Assembly: GCF_009834535.1 (NCBI RefSeq)
Contig: NC_045696.1
Coordinates: forward strand, 87,174,001-87,238,000
Source: Camelus ferus
Taxonomy: Eukaryota
Length of the DNA stretch: 64,000 nt
Direction of reading: 5' to 3'
Part shown: in pieces, positions 12,975 to 26,680 of the stretch
Layout of the letters: each line of letters begins with the position of its first letter
How positions within the stretch are numbered: the stretch's first letter is position 1
Notes under the pieces: model-generated
The model's database searches: none
What the model saw: the letters and a program-made list of their open reading frames with translations, nothing else
Told to the model about the DNA's origin: nothing
Program-made: the position numbers and the translations under genes

Positions 12975-15100
12975 AAGGATGCTTATCCTAGGAATGCAGG
13001 GATGTTTTATTATGGAAAATTAATGCAATATACTATTTTAATGGGTTAAAGGGAAAAGCTTAAGAACCTTAATAAATGTAGGAAAGGCATAAGCAAAATT
13101 CATCAGTCTTCCATTATTCTAACATTGTAGGAAAATAGGCACATAAGCCATCTTCCATAATCTAACGTAAAACATCTATTACAAAATCAGAAAAAAAAAT
13201 CATATGTACTGGAAGTTGCCTAGAATCTATCCATTTTATCAGGAACAAGGTCAGGACATCCACTAGCACCACAATTTTGCAACATTGCACTGGTAGGTAG
13301 AACCTACCAGTTACAGTAAGCAATACCAAAAGCACAATGGAAAAAAGTGTACATAAATAAGTCACTAGTTTCCAATACACTGTTTTCAAATGAGGATGTA
13401 AAACATAATAAAAAGACTCAGTTGACAGTAGTAATCAGAACTATATGGCACCTGAGAATGAAGCTAATAAAATATGTAAAAAGTAAATTGAAAAAACATA
13501 ATTATTGAATAAAATCATAGATAACCTATTATTGGAACTCTGTAGTGATATCATATATTAATCTGTAAATGTAGTGAACTTTCATTCAAATCTCAAAGGG
13601 TTTTACATGAAACTAAACTATTTCTAAAATTTATGTAGAAAATACACACTATGAACAAACAAGAATGTGTGAAGAACAGGATGAGAGTAAATCTTACATA
13701 TAACTCATATTTTTACAAAGCTGTATTAAGACTATGTGATTGGTATACCAACAGACAAATAGACTAATGAAAGGTAAAAAGCCCAGAAGCATCTCAGTGC
13801 AAATACAGAAACTCAATATATGGCAGAGCTGAGAATGTAGACCAGTGGAAAAGAAAATCTATATCCATATCTCATTATATATAACAATCAATTTAAGTGT
13901 TACAAGCAACCTATACAACTTTTAGAAAAATAATGAGTATTTTATTAATGTTGGGTAAAATACTACTATTTTATGGGAAAATTTTAAAAGCAAATTTGAA
14001 TGTAAAGGAAGACGTTGTGTTCATAATATCTAAATTTACAACACAGGACAGCGTGAAATCAGAAGACAAGCAGAGAGTAGGTAAAGATGTGTGCGGTATA
14101 CATAAACCTTTGGCACAGAATGTTAATTTACAAATCTTAATTAACGGTAAAGGAAAATATTTTCAAAATGGGTATGAACAGGTGCTTCACAGTAGAGGAT
14201 GTTTATCATCAATAAAGCAGTAGTCTAGTCACTTGTTGCTATGTGACAAACCATCCAAGATTGAGTAGGCTCTTTTGGAAGGTTTTCCCTTAGAATCTTT
14301 AAAGCATGCACAGTCAGAATATGAATGGAGCTGGAGTCACTGTTTTCACCTTGTAGCACTCATTCTGGATGGCTAGAAAAGCTGAGGTCGGTCAGGCTTC
14401 TCTCCAAAATAGTGAGAGGCTACTTGAGGTTTTGTAACGTCATGCTGGACTTCTTACATGATAGTTGACTGCCCCCAGAATGAGCATTCAAAAAGACATG
14501 AAGATTAAAATGCCAGCTTGGGCCTCAGAATTGGAACAGTGTCACTTCTGTCATGTTATTTTGGACGTAGCATTCACGAGCCCACCTGTTTTCAAGGGAT
14601 GAGGACATATACCTCAACTCTCAGTGGGAAGAGCTTTAAAAAGTTTGTGCCCATCTTTGATCTGCCATGAACTTTGAAAATAACCTGAAACTATAAGAAG
14701 TCAAATAAGTAAATTAAAACCATGATGAAATGACATTTAGCCAACATTGTATTGAACCTGGAAGTTTAAACCCTGAAAATGGCAAGTTTTTGGTGAAGAT
14801 TTTTTTGTCTAAAAAAGTCTCATGCACTCCTGGGTGAGAGGACATGGGTACAACTCTTTGGAGGGCAGCATTTACTCTATCTAGTAAAGTTGAAAATGTT
14901 CAAATTCAAACCCTCGGGCTCAGTAATTCCACTTCTTTGTGTATAACCTTGAGACACTCTCACAAATGGGCATTAGGATATTTGTGCAAGAAGTTCATAT
15001 CAGTCGTTGTTTATAGTAACAAAAAATGCAAATGCTGGATTGATTCTCTCCTAGCAGAGAAAAATGGGAAGAGGAAAAGAATTGAAGTCTCATTTGTATC
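12975..15100 (+). mobile_element. Ancient L1 (L1M-type) ORF2/3' relic, interrupted by an MLT LTR
   Basis: 'tatcctaggaatgcagggatg', 'atcaggaacaaggtcagg', 'acagacaaatagactaatgaaagg', 'acaactctttggagggcagc...cagtaattccacttct'. Confidence 0.7.
14222..14668 (-). mobile_element. MaLR solo LTR (MLT1G/H-like) inside old L1
   Basis: 'gttgctatgtgacaaaccatccaag', 'ggacttcttacatgatag', 'gtgtcacttctgtcatgttattttgg', end 'ccatctttgatctgccat'. Confidence 0.65.
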
Positions 15101-15789
15101 TGCTCTATTTAATATTTAATTTCATTTCTTAAAAATCTGAGATGAATATAGCATAATGTTAAAATCTACTGAAGTTTATAAATAAGTGTCCATCATATTA
15201 ATATATTATTCTCAGTGAATAAAAATGATTTCAAAAGTTTAATAAAAGAGAACCTGGAAGAAAACTCAAGTTATACTGGATTCTGTGATTTAGAGTTCAG
15301 AAAGTATGTTGTAAAGGAGAAAAGATATTTACATATATTAATGTGGTTAAAACAATTTTTATTTGCAAAGTTTTCTTTAGTCAAGCCCTCAATTTGTACT
15401 TTAAGCTGTGCACCCTAAATATATCAAAGATTAAAAAAACCCTAATTTTTGTTTGCTTTCTGCATGTGTAAATATTATATACATATCGTATTTTTTCAAG
15501 CTTTAATGCATTGATACAAAGTGAAAATGGACAGCTATGTTTCAGATTATCATTGTTATATCATAAAATATATGCATGAAATAATTTATACTTTGAATCT
15601 ACTTTAATATAAAGAATTTCTCATGGTACAATTTTAAAGTGATATAATCATGAACCACACAAAATATTTTTATGTTTGTAGTTATAACATTCAAATAGTG
15701 ATCAGTATATACATTTGCAGATATAAAAAAAAGTAGTCTCGATAAGTTAATTAAGGAATAGTCAATATTTTCTGGAGATGTTCTCTTTG

Positions 15790-17780
15790 CTTATTTAGTA
15801 GTAATTTTTTGAAAATGTGTACTTTGTGCTTTAGAAAACATGCTCCAGATCTAAGATAAGTTTTTTATAGATGTATGTTAGGTCATTCATAATAATTGAT
15901 TTGTTTAAATCTCTATTTAATTGAGTTTTTATCTGTTCATTTTGTCATTTACTGAGAAAACTGTCTTAAATCCTAACAATATTGATAGGAGATGTATGAA
16001 TTCCTCTTTGCAGTTCTGTTAATCTTTTTATTATGTAATTGAAGCTAGATTATTAGGGGACATAAATTTTGAATTGTTGTATCACCTTAATTAATGAAAC
16101 TTCTGCCATTATGGAGTGGTTTATTTTTTTTTTTCTTGTAATGCTTTCCATTAAAGCATTTTTTCCAATATCATCATTTTAGAATAACTGAAATTTGGTT
16201 AAAGATGACACAATTTTTCCCATCACTAGACTTCAAATATTTGCTGGGTCCTTATGTTTTCTGCTTTTGTCTTGTAACCTGTATATAACTGATAATTTTT
16301 AATTAACTGAAGAGTTTAATCATTCACATTTACTGATATTTTTATATTTATTTATATTGTATTGTGCTCTGTGCTTTTTCCTTTTTTTGCTTTTTCCTTT
16401 TAGTCAGTTTCTAAATTGAATTTTTATTCCATTTTCCTCTTTACTACTTAGAAAATTACACACTATATTTGTTTTTTCAGTGGTTATGCTGTAGATTTAA
16501 ACATGCATATTGATAACAATAAATCCCAAAGTTAATGAATACCTTAAATCACATCCCAGTGAACACAGGTAAATTGTTATTGTGTCTGGCATCTCCTCTC
16601 TCAGCAGAAACTTCTTGCCCTTTAATTCTATTTTTCAAACCTACAAAATGTACATTATTATTACTGTTTTATAAATGCAATGCTTATTTAGCTTTTCTTA
16701 TATCTTCTATTCTTTTGCACACCATTCTTTCCTGCAACTCCAGCCTTCTTTTGTAGATCATTCACCATCTTCCTGAAAAATATCTTTCAAATTAACTTTA
16801 TCAAGTCTCCTGGTTGTGCTTTTAATGGTGAGTACTCAGTTTTTGTTTGTCTGAAACATGCTCCTGAAAAATAGTTCCATGGGATATAGAATTCTTCAGT
16901 GAATTTAAGCATTTAAAAACTGTATTTCCATTGTCTATGGTTTCCATTATCTCTTTCAAGATGAGAGCTGTCAAACTGTCATTCTCTTCTATTTACAACT
17001 TTTAAACTCTTACTTTAATTCTTTTGTGTTCTAAAATTTCAGTAAATCCCCAAAGTGGATTTCATTATATTTATTTTCCTCAAAATACATTAGGATTTCA
17101 GAGTATAAAACTGTTGTCATTCATCAATTGGGAAGATTTGTTAAGTATAATCTTTCCAAGTACTCTCCCCTTTATATTCTTTTTTTGTTTCCTAATAGAG
17201 ATCTATTTAGAATTATGGTAGATTTATTTCCCCTTTTCCATCCTCTATGACCCTTAATTTCCATTTCCTGTGCTCTATTTCTTTGTTTTACTTTGCTGCG
17301 TTCACGTAATAACTTAACTCTTAATTCTTGTTCAATAATTTGATCTTAAGCTGGATTTAGTCTGCTGTTTTAAATCATTAGCTTACTTGCCATATTTAAT
17401 CATTTTCCTTTCTAGAAATTTGATTTGCTTTTTATTCAGATCTCTCTGTTAATTTTTATGGACAAATTTTTCTTTATCCTGCTTTCAACATCCTTTTTAA
17501 TATTTTAATGTAAATATACTCACTAAATTATGTTGAAGGATATGAAATTTGTAACATCATGGCTCAACTGAATATACTGTGTATTTGATAAATCCAATAA
17601 CTGCTCCTGATTTTTGAAGACTACTCTTAAGGCTCTGTACTTTCTTGTTCTCTTCAGCATTTGGGATTTTTTTTTTTTAATGTGTTTTCCTTTGAAGTTT
17701 TTCTGTGACATTTTTGAAGCTTTGTTTTGGATTAATTTCCTCAAAAGAGGATTTGACTTTGCTTCTACCACATATACTTA
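15790..17780 (-). mobile_element. Ancient L1 relic (antisense ORF2 5'/ORF1 region)
   Basis: T-rich with antisense L1 motifs 'tcattcacatttactgatat', 'ctcagtttttgtttgtctgaaac', 'gggatatagaattct', 'tttccattgtct...tttccatt'. Confidence 0.55.
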
Positions 17781-17829
17781 TGACATTTCAAACTTAAGAT
17801 TGTTCTAAACTTTATTGTAGGCCTGGGAT

Positions 17830-18340
17830 TTTTTTTTTAATAAAGTCTTTCTTTTAGGACAGTTTTAGATTCACAGAAAAGTTGCAAACATAATACCGAA
17901 GTTTCCATATAGTTTTCTTAGTATCCCCATTTGTTAATATCTTACTGCTATGGTTGGTGTGTTCTATCCAGGAAAACCACGTTGGTACATTAAACTCTAG
18001 GGTTAATTTGAATTTCACTAGTGGTATCACTAATGTCCTTTTCTTTACCAATATACCACTCAGAATCCCATACTGCATTTAGCTTTCATGCCTCCTTAGT
18101 CTCCTCCAATCTGTGGCAGTTTTTCTATCTTTCTTTGTTTTTTTTGTGATCTTGATCATTTTGAGGACTCCTGGTCAGATACTTTGTAGAACGTTCCTCA
18201 ATTTGGGTTTGGATGATGTTTTTCCTCATGTTTAGTCTGGGGTAATGGATTTTGGGAAAGATAACCACAGCGGTGAATTGCCTTTCTCACCTTATCATTT
18301 AGTGGGCATTAATATAGCACTAATATGCCTTATCACCTAT
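17830..18340 (-). mobile_element. L1MC-like 3' end
   Basis: 'cagttttagattcacagaaaagttgcaa', 'catactgcatttagctttcatgcctccttagtctcctccaatctg', 'tttgtagaacgttcctcaatttgggtttg'. Confidence 0.75.
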
Positions 18341-18639
18341 TTTGTTTTTAAATTCTGCACAGGTAGTATAGATTTAAGTCTCAAATCTATGTGATGAGAT
18401 GGTTGTCATTAGGATTTCTTAAGCAGGGGCTTCCCTTTTTATTTTATTTTTCTCTTCTTCCAGATCCAAAGGTATATACAAAAGTAATACCAGGCTAGAA
18501 CTTACCTATTTTCAGAACTTAAAGAAAAATGAAGATACAATTTCTTAATATTCTTTTCCTTTGGCAACTTAGAATTTAAAATTAGAACTCTGAATATATG
18601 AAGTTTATGCTGAATGTTTGTGGAAATTTTCATTAGCAA

Positions 18640-19000
18640 TTATCTTATTTCAGGTAACTGTAACAAAATACCATACACTGAATAGCTTAGGCAACAAACA
18701 TTTTATTTCTTGAAGTCTTAGAAGCTGGGAAGTTCAAGATCATGGGGCCCGGCAGATCTGGTGTCTATTAAGGACCACTTCCTGACTTGTAGGTGACTGT
18801 CTTCTCCTTGTATCTTCACACGGCAGAGAGAAGGAGCAAGCTTTCTTCTAACTCTTATGAGGGCACTAATTGCATTCATGAGGGTTCCACACTCATGACC
18901 TCATCTAATCCTAATCATCTCCCCAAGGCCCCACTTCCTAATCCATCACATTGGGGATAGGGCTTCATCATACACATTCGGGGAAAACAGGCAGTCTGGA
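18640..19000 (-). mobile_element. MaLR solo LTR, MLT1A-like
   Basis: 'gtaacaaaataccatacactg...gctgggaagttcaagatca...cttatgagggcactaat...catgagggttccacactcatgacctcatctaatcctaat...aaggccccacttcctaat'. Confidence 0.85.
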
Positions 19001-21354
19001 AAAGTAATCATCTTATTTGATCTAGTGTCTTTCAGTTTATTTCTTACTAGCTGTGTGAACAAAAGTTAACTGACGTTTAAGCTCTTCGCCTGCCACATTT
19101 ACTGTGAGGATAAATTGTACTAATGCATTTAATTTAGCACCATGCTGTCACACTGTATGTGCTCAATATGTCTTGGTAGTTAATATTATTAAAAATAGAA
19201 AATGCCACTCTGGTAAAGATAACATGATATTGTTGTTCTGGAACCAAAGATGAAAAGGATCTATTTAATAGTAATTTGTGAACACCTTTAGGATATAACA
19301 TTTTTTAAAGTAATATACATACAGAATAAATAATTAGGATCAAATTAGAGAGAAATTTACTTTAAAAACCTTTGCTTCTTAACTCTTTAGTCCTTACTAA
19401 TTACTTATTAAAGCAATTTGTAAATTTGTCTTTATAGAAATGTGTTGTTAATGTAACATAACTGAACTTTTGATAAATGAGAAAAATAATTGATCAGGAA
19501 GCTAAAATAATATATAACTTTGGCCAAAATTTAATTTGGTACAGCATATATTAAAATATATATTGCTGTAATTATTATCTTTCTAAATATTTTGTAACCC
19601 ACAGTTATTTTAGAGATGCAAAAATATTTTACAGGTGTGGGTAATGTCCTATGACTATTCCTGAGCTCTTTTTCAATTTATAGCTTGTATGCCAGCAAAA
19701 TGTGAGGAATGAAGAATAACCTCATTATTTTTATGCAATTACAATTGATTGGGTTTTTCTAGTCTTTTCTATACGGTTTTTCATCAAATATCTATTTTCT
19801 TTGTTGAATATTTGCATGTGTTGCTTAAACTGGCTGTTTCAAATTGATTCTTTCATTCATAGACAGAATTTAAGAAGAATATATTATTTTTAAGGAACTA
19901 CCATCAGTGCAGAAAGAAATTAAGCCAATAACATAAAAAAAGAACATATATTTTACAGTAAAAGTAAACACCAAGCAGTTGAGCTGATCGTTTGTCAATA
20001 TGAGAAAAAGTTAAACATAGTTATTTTAAAATTGTAATGAGGCATGGTCTATTAAGGGTTTTGGTTTCTGGTTCTAGGTGTTACTGATATATTAAAAAAT
20101 TTAAAATAAATATGCTAAATATAAGACCACATGGTTCTAGTAGTATATGTTAATTTGGGATGTTAAGTTAAGTAACTAAACAAGTATTAGCATGGTTATA
20201 TTCATCCTGGAAACTATCTTTCATCCTTTCTTTTCTTAAATACTTTTCACTTTTCCACTTCTAAAAACAGTGTATAAAAATATACTTAACAAGTAAGAAT
20301 AGTTTAATTCATTGATTTTTACAGCAAATAAAACTTCCCCCATATTTTGAGGAAGGTCATAAGCAGTATAAAGATGGAGATTTTGAAACAATTCATTAAA
20401 AAATCCTTATTCCAAACTGTGATTGCCCTTTTCCTGTAATAAGGGAAGAAGAGAGAGAATTTCCCCTGATTTTACATGTCTCAACATCATGAGTGATAAT
20501 ATTCTTTTTAGACTTTACCTCTGAGTTTAGGTATTTTTCAACATGTTGAGATTATATAGATTTCATGAAAAGATGATTTGCCATTTTAAGGATATCTTTT
20601 CAAATAATGAGAAAATTAAGTGGAAGTAAAGAAGTAGCATTTCCTAAGAGGGAAGAGTTTGGGATTTCTCAACACAATAAGTTATATTACAATTGGATAT
20701 CAGAAATGGAGTTATGGAAAATCCAATCCCGAATTACGTGTGTGTATGTATGGTGTATGTATATGTAAAACCCAGTTTATTTAAAGTGTTAATGAAAGTG
20801 CCCCAGACCATCTAACTTTATATTTCCATTGTCTACACTTGTAAGAGCTAAAATTTCTTATAAAGACACTTCCCTCTGATAAACCAGCACTCTTCAACAT
20901 CTGAACCTGTGAGTACACTTTGAGTTTCAAAACTCAGAGCAGAACTTGATGAGTCAGCACTGATCTTCAGCTACTATAGAAAGCATACTTCTTATTTTCT
21001 GTTAATACTATTGACAAGTTTCTCCAGGAGAATTGTGGACAGTATTCCCTTGAGAAGTGGATAATTAAGTTTGTGGAACATAGACTTATGTGGCTTCATT
21101 GGCTAAAGTAATTAATTAAATTCTTATATTATTAAAATTGGTTCAGTAATGAAGCAGTGGTAAAAAACCTGTGTGGTAAATTCCTTGTGCCTGATCCATG
21201 TATCTATCTCTTTTTGTAGTTAAAATAAAATCTTTACATTTTTAACATACATTTAATAAATAATCAAAAAGCAAGAGAGGATCATTAAATTAAATCTTAA
21301 AATGTCCTCTAGATTGTAATGATTATGCCTATGAGACTGCTCTAAAATATGATA

Positions 21355-24300
21355 ATGGTTTTAAATTGTGGTATAAACACGTAATAGTGAATTTACCATC
21401 TTCACTACTTTTAAGTGTACAGTTGAATAGTGTTAAGTGTCTTCACATGATTGTGCAATAAATCTCCAGAACTTTTCATTGGCAACACTGAAGTCTACCA
21501 AATACTAATTCTCCCTCTTGCCAGCCCCAGGTGACCATCTTTTTACTTTCTGTTTCTCTGATTTTGAGTACATTAAATATCTCATATAAGTGGTATCATA
21601 CAATATTTGTCCTTTTGTGGCTAATTTATCTTTCTTAGCATGATGTCCTCTATGTTCTACCATTTTGTAGCATGTGACAAGGATTTCTTTTTAAAATTTT
21701 TTAATTTTTTTATTGCAGTACAGATGAGTTACAATATTGTGTTAGTTTCAAGTGTACAGGAAAGGGATTCAGCCTCATATATATGTGTGTGTGTATTTCC
21801 ACTATTGGTTATTACAAGAGACTAAATATAGTTCCCTCTGCTATACTGTAGGTCCTTATTTATCTATTTTATATATGGTAATTTGTATCTGCTAATCCCA
21901 AACTCCTAATTTATCCCTCCCTACTCCCTTTCTCCTTTGGTAACCATAAGTTTGTTTTCTATGCCTATGAATCTATTTCTGTTTTATAAATAAGTTTATT
22001 TGTGCCTTTTTTTTTTAGATTCTACATATAAGTGGTCTCATATGCTTTTTGTCTTTGACTTATTTCGCTTAGTATGATAATCTCTAGAGCCATCCATGTT
22101 GCTACAAATGGCATTATTTCATTCTTTTTTATGGCTGAGCAATATTCCATTATATATAATATATATACATATGTATATAAGTGTGTGTATATATATCTAT
22201 ATATGTATATATAGAAACACAAACTACTTTATCCATTCATCTGTCAATGGACATTTAGGTTGCTTCCATGTCTTAGCTATTGTAAATAGTGCTTCTATGA
22301 ACACTGGAGTGCATGTATCTTTTCAAATTAGAGTTTTTTCTAGATATATGCCCAGGAGTGGGACTGCAGAATCATATGATAAGTCTATTCTTAATTTTTT
22401 AAAGAACCTGCATACTGTCCTCCATAGTGGCTTCACCAATTTACATTCCCAACATGAGGGTAGGAGGGTTCCTTTTTTCTCACCCTCTCCAGCATTTATT
22501 ATTTGTAGAATTTTTGGTGGTGGTCATTCTGACCTGTGTGAGATGATACCTCATTGTAGTTTTGATTTGCTTTTCCCTAATAATTAGTGATATTAAGCAT
22601 TTTTTCCTGTGCCTGTTGTCTATCTGTACATATTCTTTGGAGACATGTCTATATAGGTCTTCTATCCATTTTTTTGATTGAATTTTTTTTTGTATTAAGC
22701 TGTATGAGCTGTTTATATTTTCAAAATTAATCCCTTATTGGTCGCATCATTTGGAAAAATTTTGTCCTATTCTGTAGGTTGTCTTTTCACTTTATGGTTT
22801 CTTTTGCTGTGCAAAAGATTTTTTTAAGTTTAATTAGGTCTGATTTCTTTATTTTTGTTTTTATTTCCATTGCTCTAGGTGGCAGATCCAAAAAAATGCT
22901 GCTGCAATTCATGTCAAAGTGTGTTTTGCCTGTGTTTTACTCTAGGAGTTTTAGGGTATCTGGTCTTAACATTTAGGTCTTTATCCCACTTTGAGTTTAT
23001 TTTTGTATATGATGCTAGAGAATGTTCTAAATTCATTCTTTTACATGTAGCTGTCCAGATTGCCCTAGCACCACTGATTGAAGAGACTGTCCTTTCTCCA
23101 CAGTATATTCTTACGCCCTTTGTTGTAGACCATAAGTATGTGCATTTATTTCTGGGCCCTCTATCCTGTTCCATTGATGTATGTGTCTGTTTTTGTGCCA
23201 TTACCATTCTATTTTGATTACTGTAGCTTTGTAGTATACTCAGAAGTCAAGGAGTGTGAACTCTTCCACTTCATTCTTCCTTCTCAAGATTGTTTTGGGT
23301 ATGCGAGGTCATTCATGTTTCTGTACAAATTTTAAAATTTTTTGTTCTAGTTCTGTGAAAAATGCCATTGGTAATTTGATAGGGATTGCATTGAATCTGT
23401 AGATTGCCTTGGGTAGTATGGTCATTTTAACAAATTGATTCTTCCAGGCCAAGAACATGGTATATCTTTCTCTCTGTTTTTGTCATCTTCAATTTCTTTC
23501 ATCTGTGTCATAGTTTTTGGAGTACAGGTCATGCCACCTGTAGATTTATTCCTAGGTATTCTTTTTTGATGTCGTGGTAAATGAGATTGTTTCCTTAATT
23601 TCTATTTCTTATATTTCTTTGTTAGTGAATAGAAATGCAACAGATTTCTGTATGCTAATTTTGTATCCTGCAACTTTACCGAATTTATTAATGACCTTTA
23701 ACAGTTTTCTGGTGGTGTCTTTAGGATTTTCTATGTATAGTGTAATGTCATCTGCAAACAGTGACAGTTTTACTTCTTTCCAATTTGGATTCCTTTTATT
23801 TCATTTTCTTCTCGGATTTCTGTGGCTAGGACTTCCAAAACTATGTTGAAAAAAAGTGGGGAGAGTGAGCAATCTTGTCTTGTTTATGATCTTAGAAGGA
23901 ATGCCTTCAGTTTTTCACAGTTGAATATGATATTAGCTGTGGGTTTGTCATATATTGCCTTTCTTATGTTGAGGTATGTTCCCTCTGTGCCCACTTTCTG
24001 AAATGTTTTTATTATAAATGGATGTTGAATTTTCTCAAAAAGGAGTTCTTTCCTTTTAAAAGCAATCTAACATTCAATTGTATGTATATACCATATTTTT
24101 TAATCCATTCATCTGTCAATAGAAATTTGGGTTGCTTCTACTTCTTGGCTACTGTGGGGGAAAAAAAGTTGTGATAAATATGGGTGTGCAAATATCTCTT
24201 CAAGATCTTGGATTGAGGTGTTTTTTGTTTTTTTGGTTTTTTTTGATAGATACCCAGAAGTGGGATTGTTGGATCATATGGTAATTCTGTTTTTAAATTT

Positions 24301-24940
24301 CTGAGGAATTCCTGAATTGCTTTCCATACCAGCTGTACTATTTTATATTCCCAACACTGTACAAGTACCAATACTTGTTTTTTTCTTGTACTTTTGTTAG
24401 TGGCCATCCTGATGGATATGAGGTAATATCTTGCTGTGGTTTTGATTTCCATTCCACTAATAATTAGTGATATTGAACATCTTTTCATGTGCTTATTAGC
24501 TATTTGTATATCTAATTTGGAGAAATATCTACTTAAGTCCTTTGTCAACTTTAAATTGGGTTTTTTACACTGTTGAGTTATAGACGTTTCTTAGATAGTC
24601 TAGATATTATTAACCCATCATTAAATGTATGATTTGCACTTCGTTTTTCCCATTTCATTGGTTACCTTTTCACTCTGTTTTTTCCTTTGTCACACAGAAG
24701 TTTAAAGTTTTGTATAATCCCATTTGCCTAATTTTTTTATTTTGTTGCCTGTGCTTTTGGTGTCATAGCAAAAACTCATCCAGATCCAACGTCAGAAAAC
24801 TTTTTCCCATGTTTTCTTCTAGGAGTATAACAGTTTTAGGTCTTATGCCTAGGTCTTTAAACCATTTTGAGTTAATTTTTGGATATTGTGTAAGGTAAGG
24901 GTCAAACTTTATTTCTTTGCATGCAAATGTAGTATTTTCT
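21355..24940 (-). mobile_element. Older L1 (L1MA/L1MB-like) 3' region, host of a nested L1
   Basis: 3'UTR 'aaattgtggtataaacac...tttaagtgtacagttg' to 21690; resumes at 24052. ORF-track frame 24138-24548 gives the ORF2 C-terminus (ANKHMKRCSISLII...LKTELPYDPTIPLLGIYQK). Confidence 0.85.
21691..24039 (-). mobile_element. Younger 5'-truncated L1 (~2.35 kb) nested in older L1
   Basis: T-rich tail at 21691-21711; ORF2 frames MEYCSAIKKNEIMPFVATWMALEIIILSEISQ and [22 protein letters not shown]; flanked by aaggatttcttt (21679-21690) and aaggagttcttt (24040-24051). Confidence 0.9.
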
Positions 24941-25705
24941 TTAAAAATCGTTGATTTGATTTATGAAATTTAAATCTCTGTAATAGAAGTTATAAAGAGT
25001 GGATGGAGAGTTAGATCTGCTTGACACATAGTATCTTTTACTTTTTTCCCCCTTTATGTATACTGGAGGGTATTTAAAAACAAAAGACTTGGCTACTTCT
25101 GTAAGAATTGGTCTCTTCTATGTAGAGATACATATTTCCAATTGCTGTTGCTTGGCACTTTAGAGATCTGGCCCTGTTGGCATGCCAACAACTTTCCTGG
25201 AGTCAGATAGCTATTGCATTTTTGGATAAGGAACCAGCAGTCCACTTTACTGTATATTCACCATCATCCCCTGTTGTCATAGCAGCACTTAACTCAAGTG
25301 GCAGGTGGCTTTCAGTATCACCTTTCCACTTTCATTCTTCTCATAGTAAACTTAGGAAGAAAGCAAACCACTACTTGTACCCTTATCTATTTCACAAGTG
25401 GAAAAAGTAAAAATTGACCTAGAAGGCTATATCTTTCAAGAAAAGGTAAGGAGTGCTTTTTTCCCGTTATAAGTGAAGAATATTTCAACCTGGCATATTT
25501 CAAACATTCACATTACCTGCCCACCCCCTGTAGGCATTTGAGTTTGCAAATCTTGCTTTAAACAGTAACTCTTGGTAACAGCGAGAAGTGTGTCATAAAT
25601 ATTCTCAAAAGTTCATCATCGTATATCTTGTTCCTGAGGGAAGCTGAAATGATAAAAAATTTTATAAGTGTAGATAGGAGCACTTCTTCCTTCTATTCAG
25701 GGCAT

Positions 25706-26680
25706 TTTTTTTTTTTTTTTTTTTTTGGCCCTAATTGACTTAAAGTCCCCTGGCGTATTAATTCCATGAAGTGTGAGACGTGGTAACAAATTTTTCAAAA
25801 TATTCAAACTTGACAACTGAAGAAAAGTTTTGCTCAGTTTCCATTGTGAATCTGTTAATAAACTGTTTATCATTAGTAATTAATAACTTTAAGCTGTGTA
25901 TAGATTTCCAACCTGTTTTAACAAGATTTATTACTTTTCACGTACACGCTTTCCCACACAATGATAGGCTAGGTAATAATAAAATATATGAAAGATAAAA
26001 AGATTTCAATAAAACAGTAGTTAATTCTGACCGGTAAATGTTTAAACTTAAAAAGAAATCCTTTTGAGCCATCTAAAGCTCTTGGTGGAAATGTAACATG
26101 ATAGGAGAATTCTGGTTACCATTTAAATTTGAATACTTCATCCATTATGATGACAAAAGTGGTTTAGCAGCTATCATTGTATTTCTTTAAAATTTCAAAG
26201 TGCTCTGGGTCCTTCCAAGATGAATGTCTTTTGTTCCTTTCCTCTTATTTCTTAAATTATTTTCTGAAGATAGCATATCTTGCCAGTTTAATTGGCTCCA
26301 ACTCTAGGCATCATATCATTGCTTCCTTTTCTTTCCGTATGAATGTACTACAGATATTCTTTTTCTCCAAAAAACTGTCCCTCCTCTGTCCTTCCCTGGT
26401 GTTAGCAGGGTCCACCAGGAGCAAATTTCCATTCTTCTGGATAGTACGTAAGGTGTCCTGTTAGTCTCTGACTTCTCACTCTCCTTCCCCTTACACAGAC
26501 TCGCTCTCCAGCCCACAACAATGTGACTTCTGCTAACAACACCACATTAATCCAAGAGTTCTTAATAGAGAGGCTGTAGGGTCTGGCAGGCCTCCCACGA
26601 GCAAGCTCCCCTACCCACACCAGATTCTTTGCACAGCCAGTGCGTTGCAATCTCTGACGAGAGTTCCAGTCAAGGACTAC
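25706..26680 (-). pseudogene. Candidate processed retrocopy of unidentified transcript
   Basis: On the minus strand: GC-richer leader (26680-26460), coding-like segment broken by stops (26460-26165), AT-rich UTR-like part, then an A-run at 25706-25727. Parent not recognised. Confidence 0.3.

Noticed and set aside
18440..18490. Polypyrimidine tract, CAG, 8 nt, then GT (possible microexon)
   Set aside because: Weak donor (gtatat), not frame-preserving, no supporting neighbouring exons
22096..22587. Longest ORF in the track (163 aa, + strand)
   Set aside because: Antisense reading of the L1 ORF2/3'UTR plus a TA microsatellite; a typical spurious L1 frame
26380..26460. Passing resemblance of GHLTY / LLVDP to the SREK1IP1 zinc-knuckle region
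   Set aside because: Requires a frameshift and an insertion, and the flanking sequence does not match; likely chance
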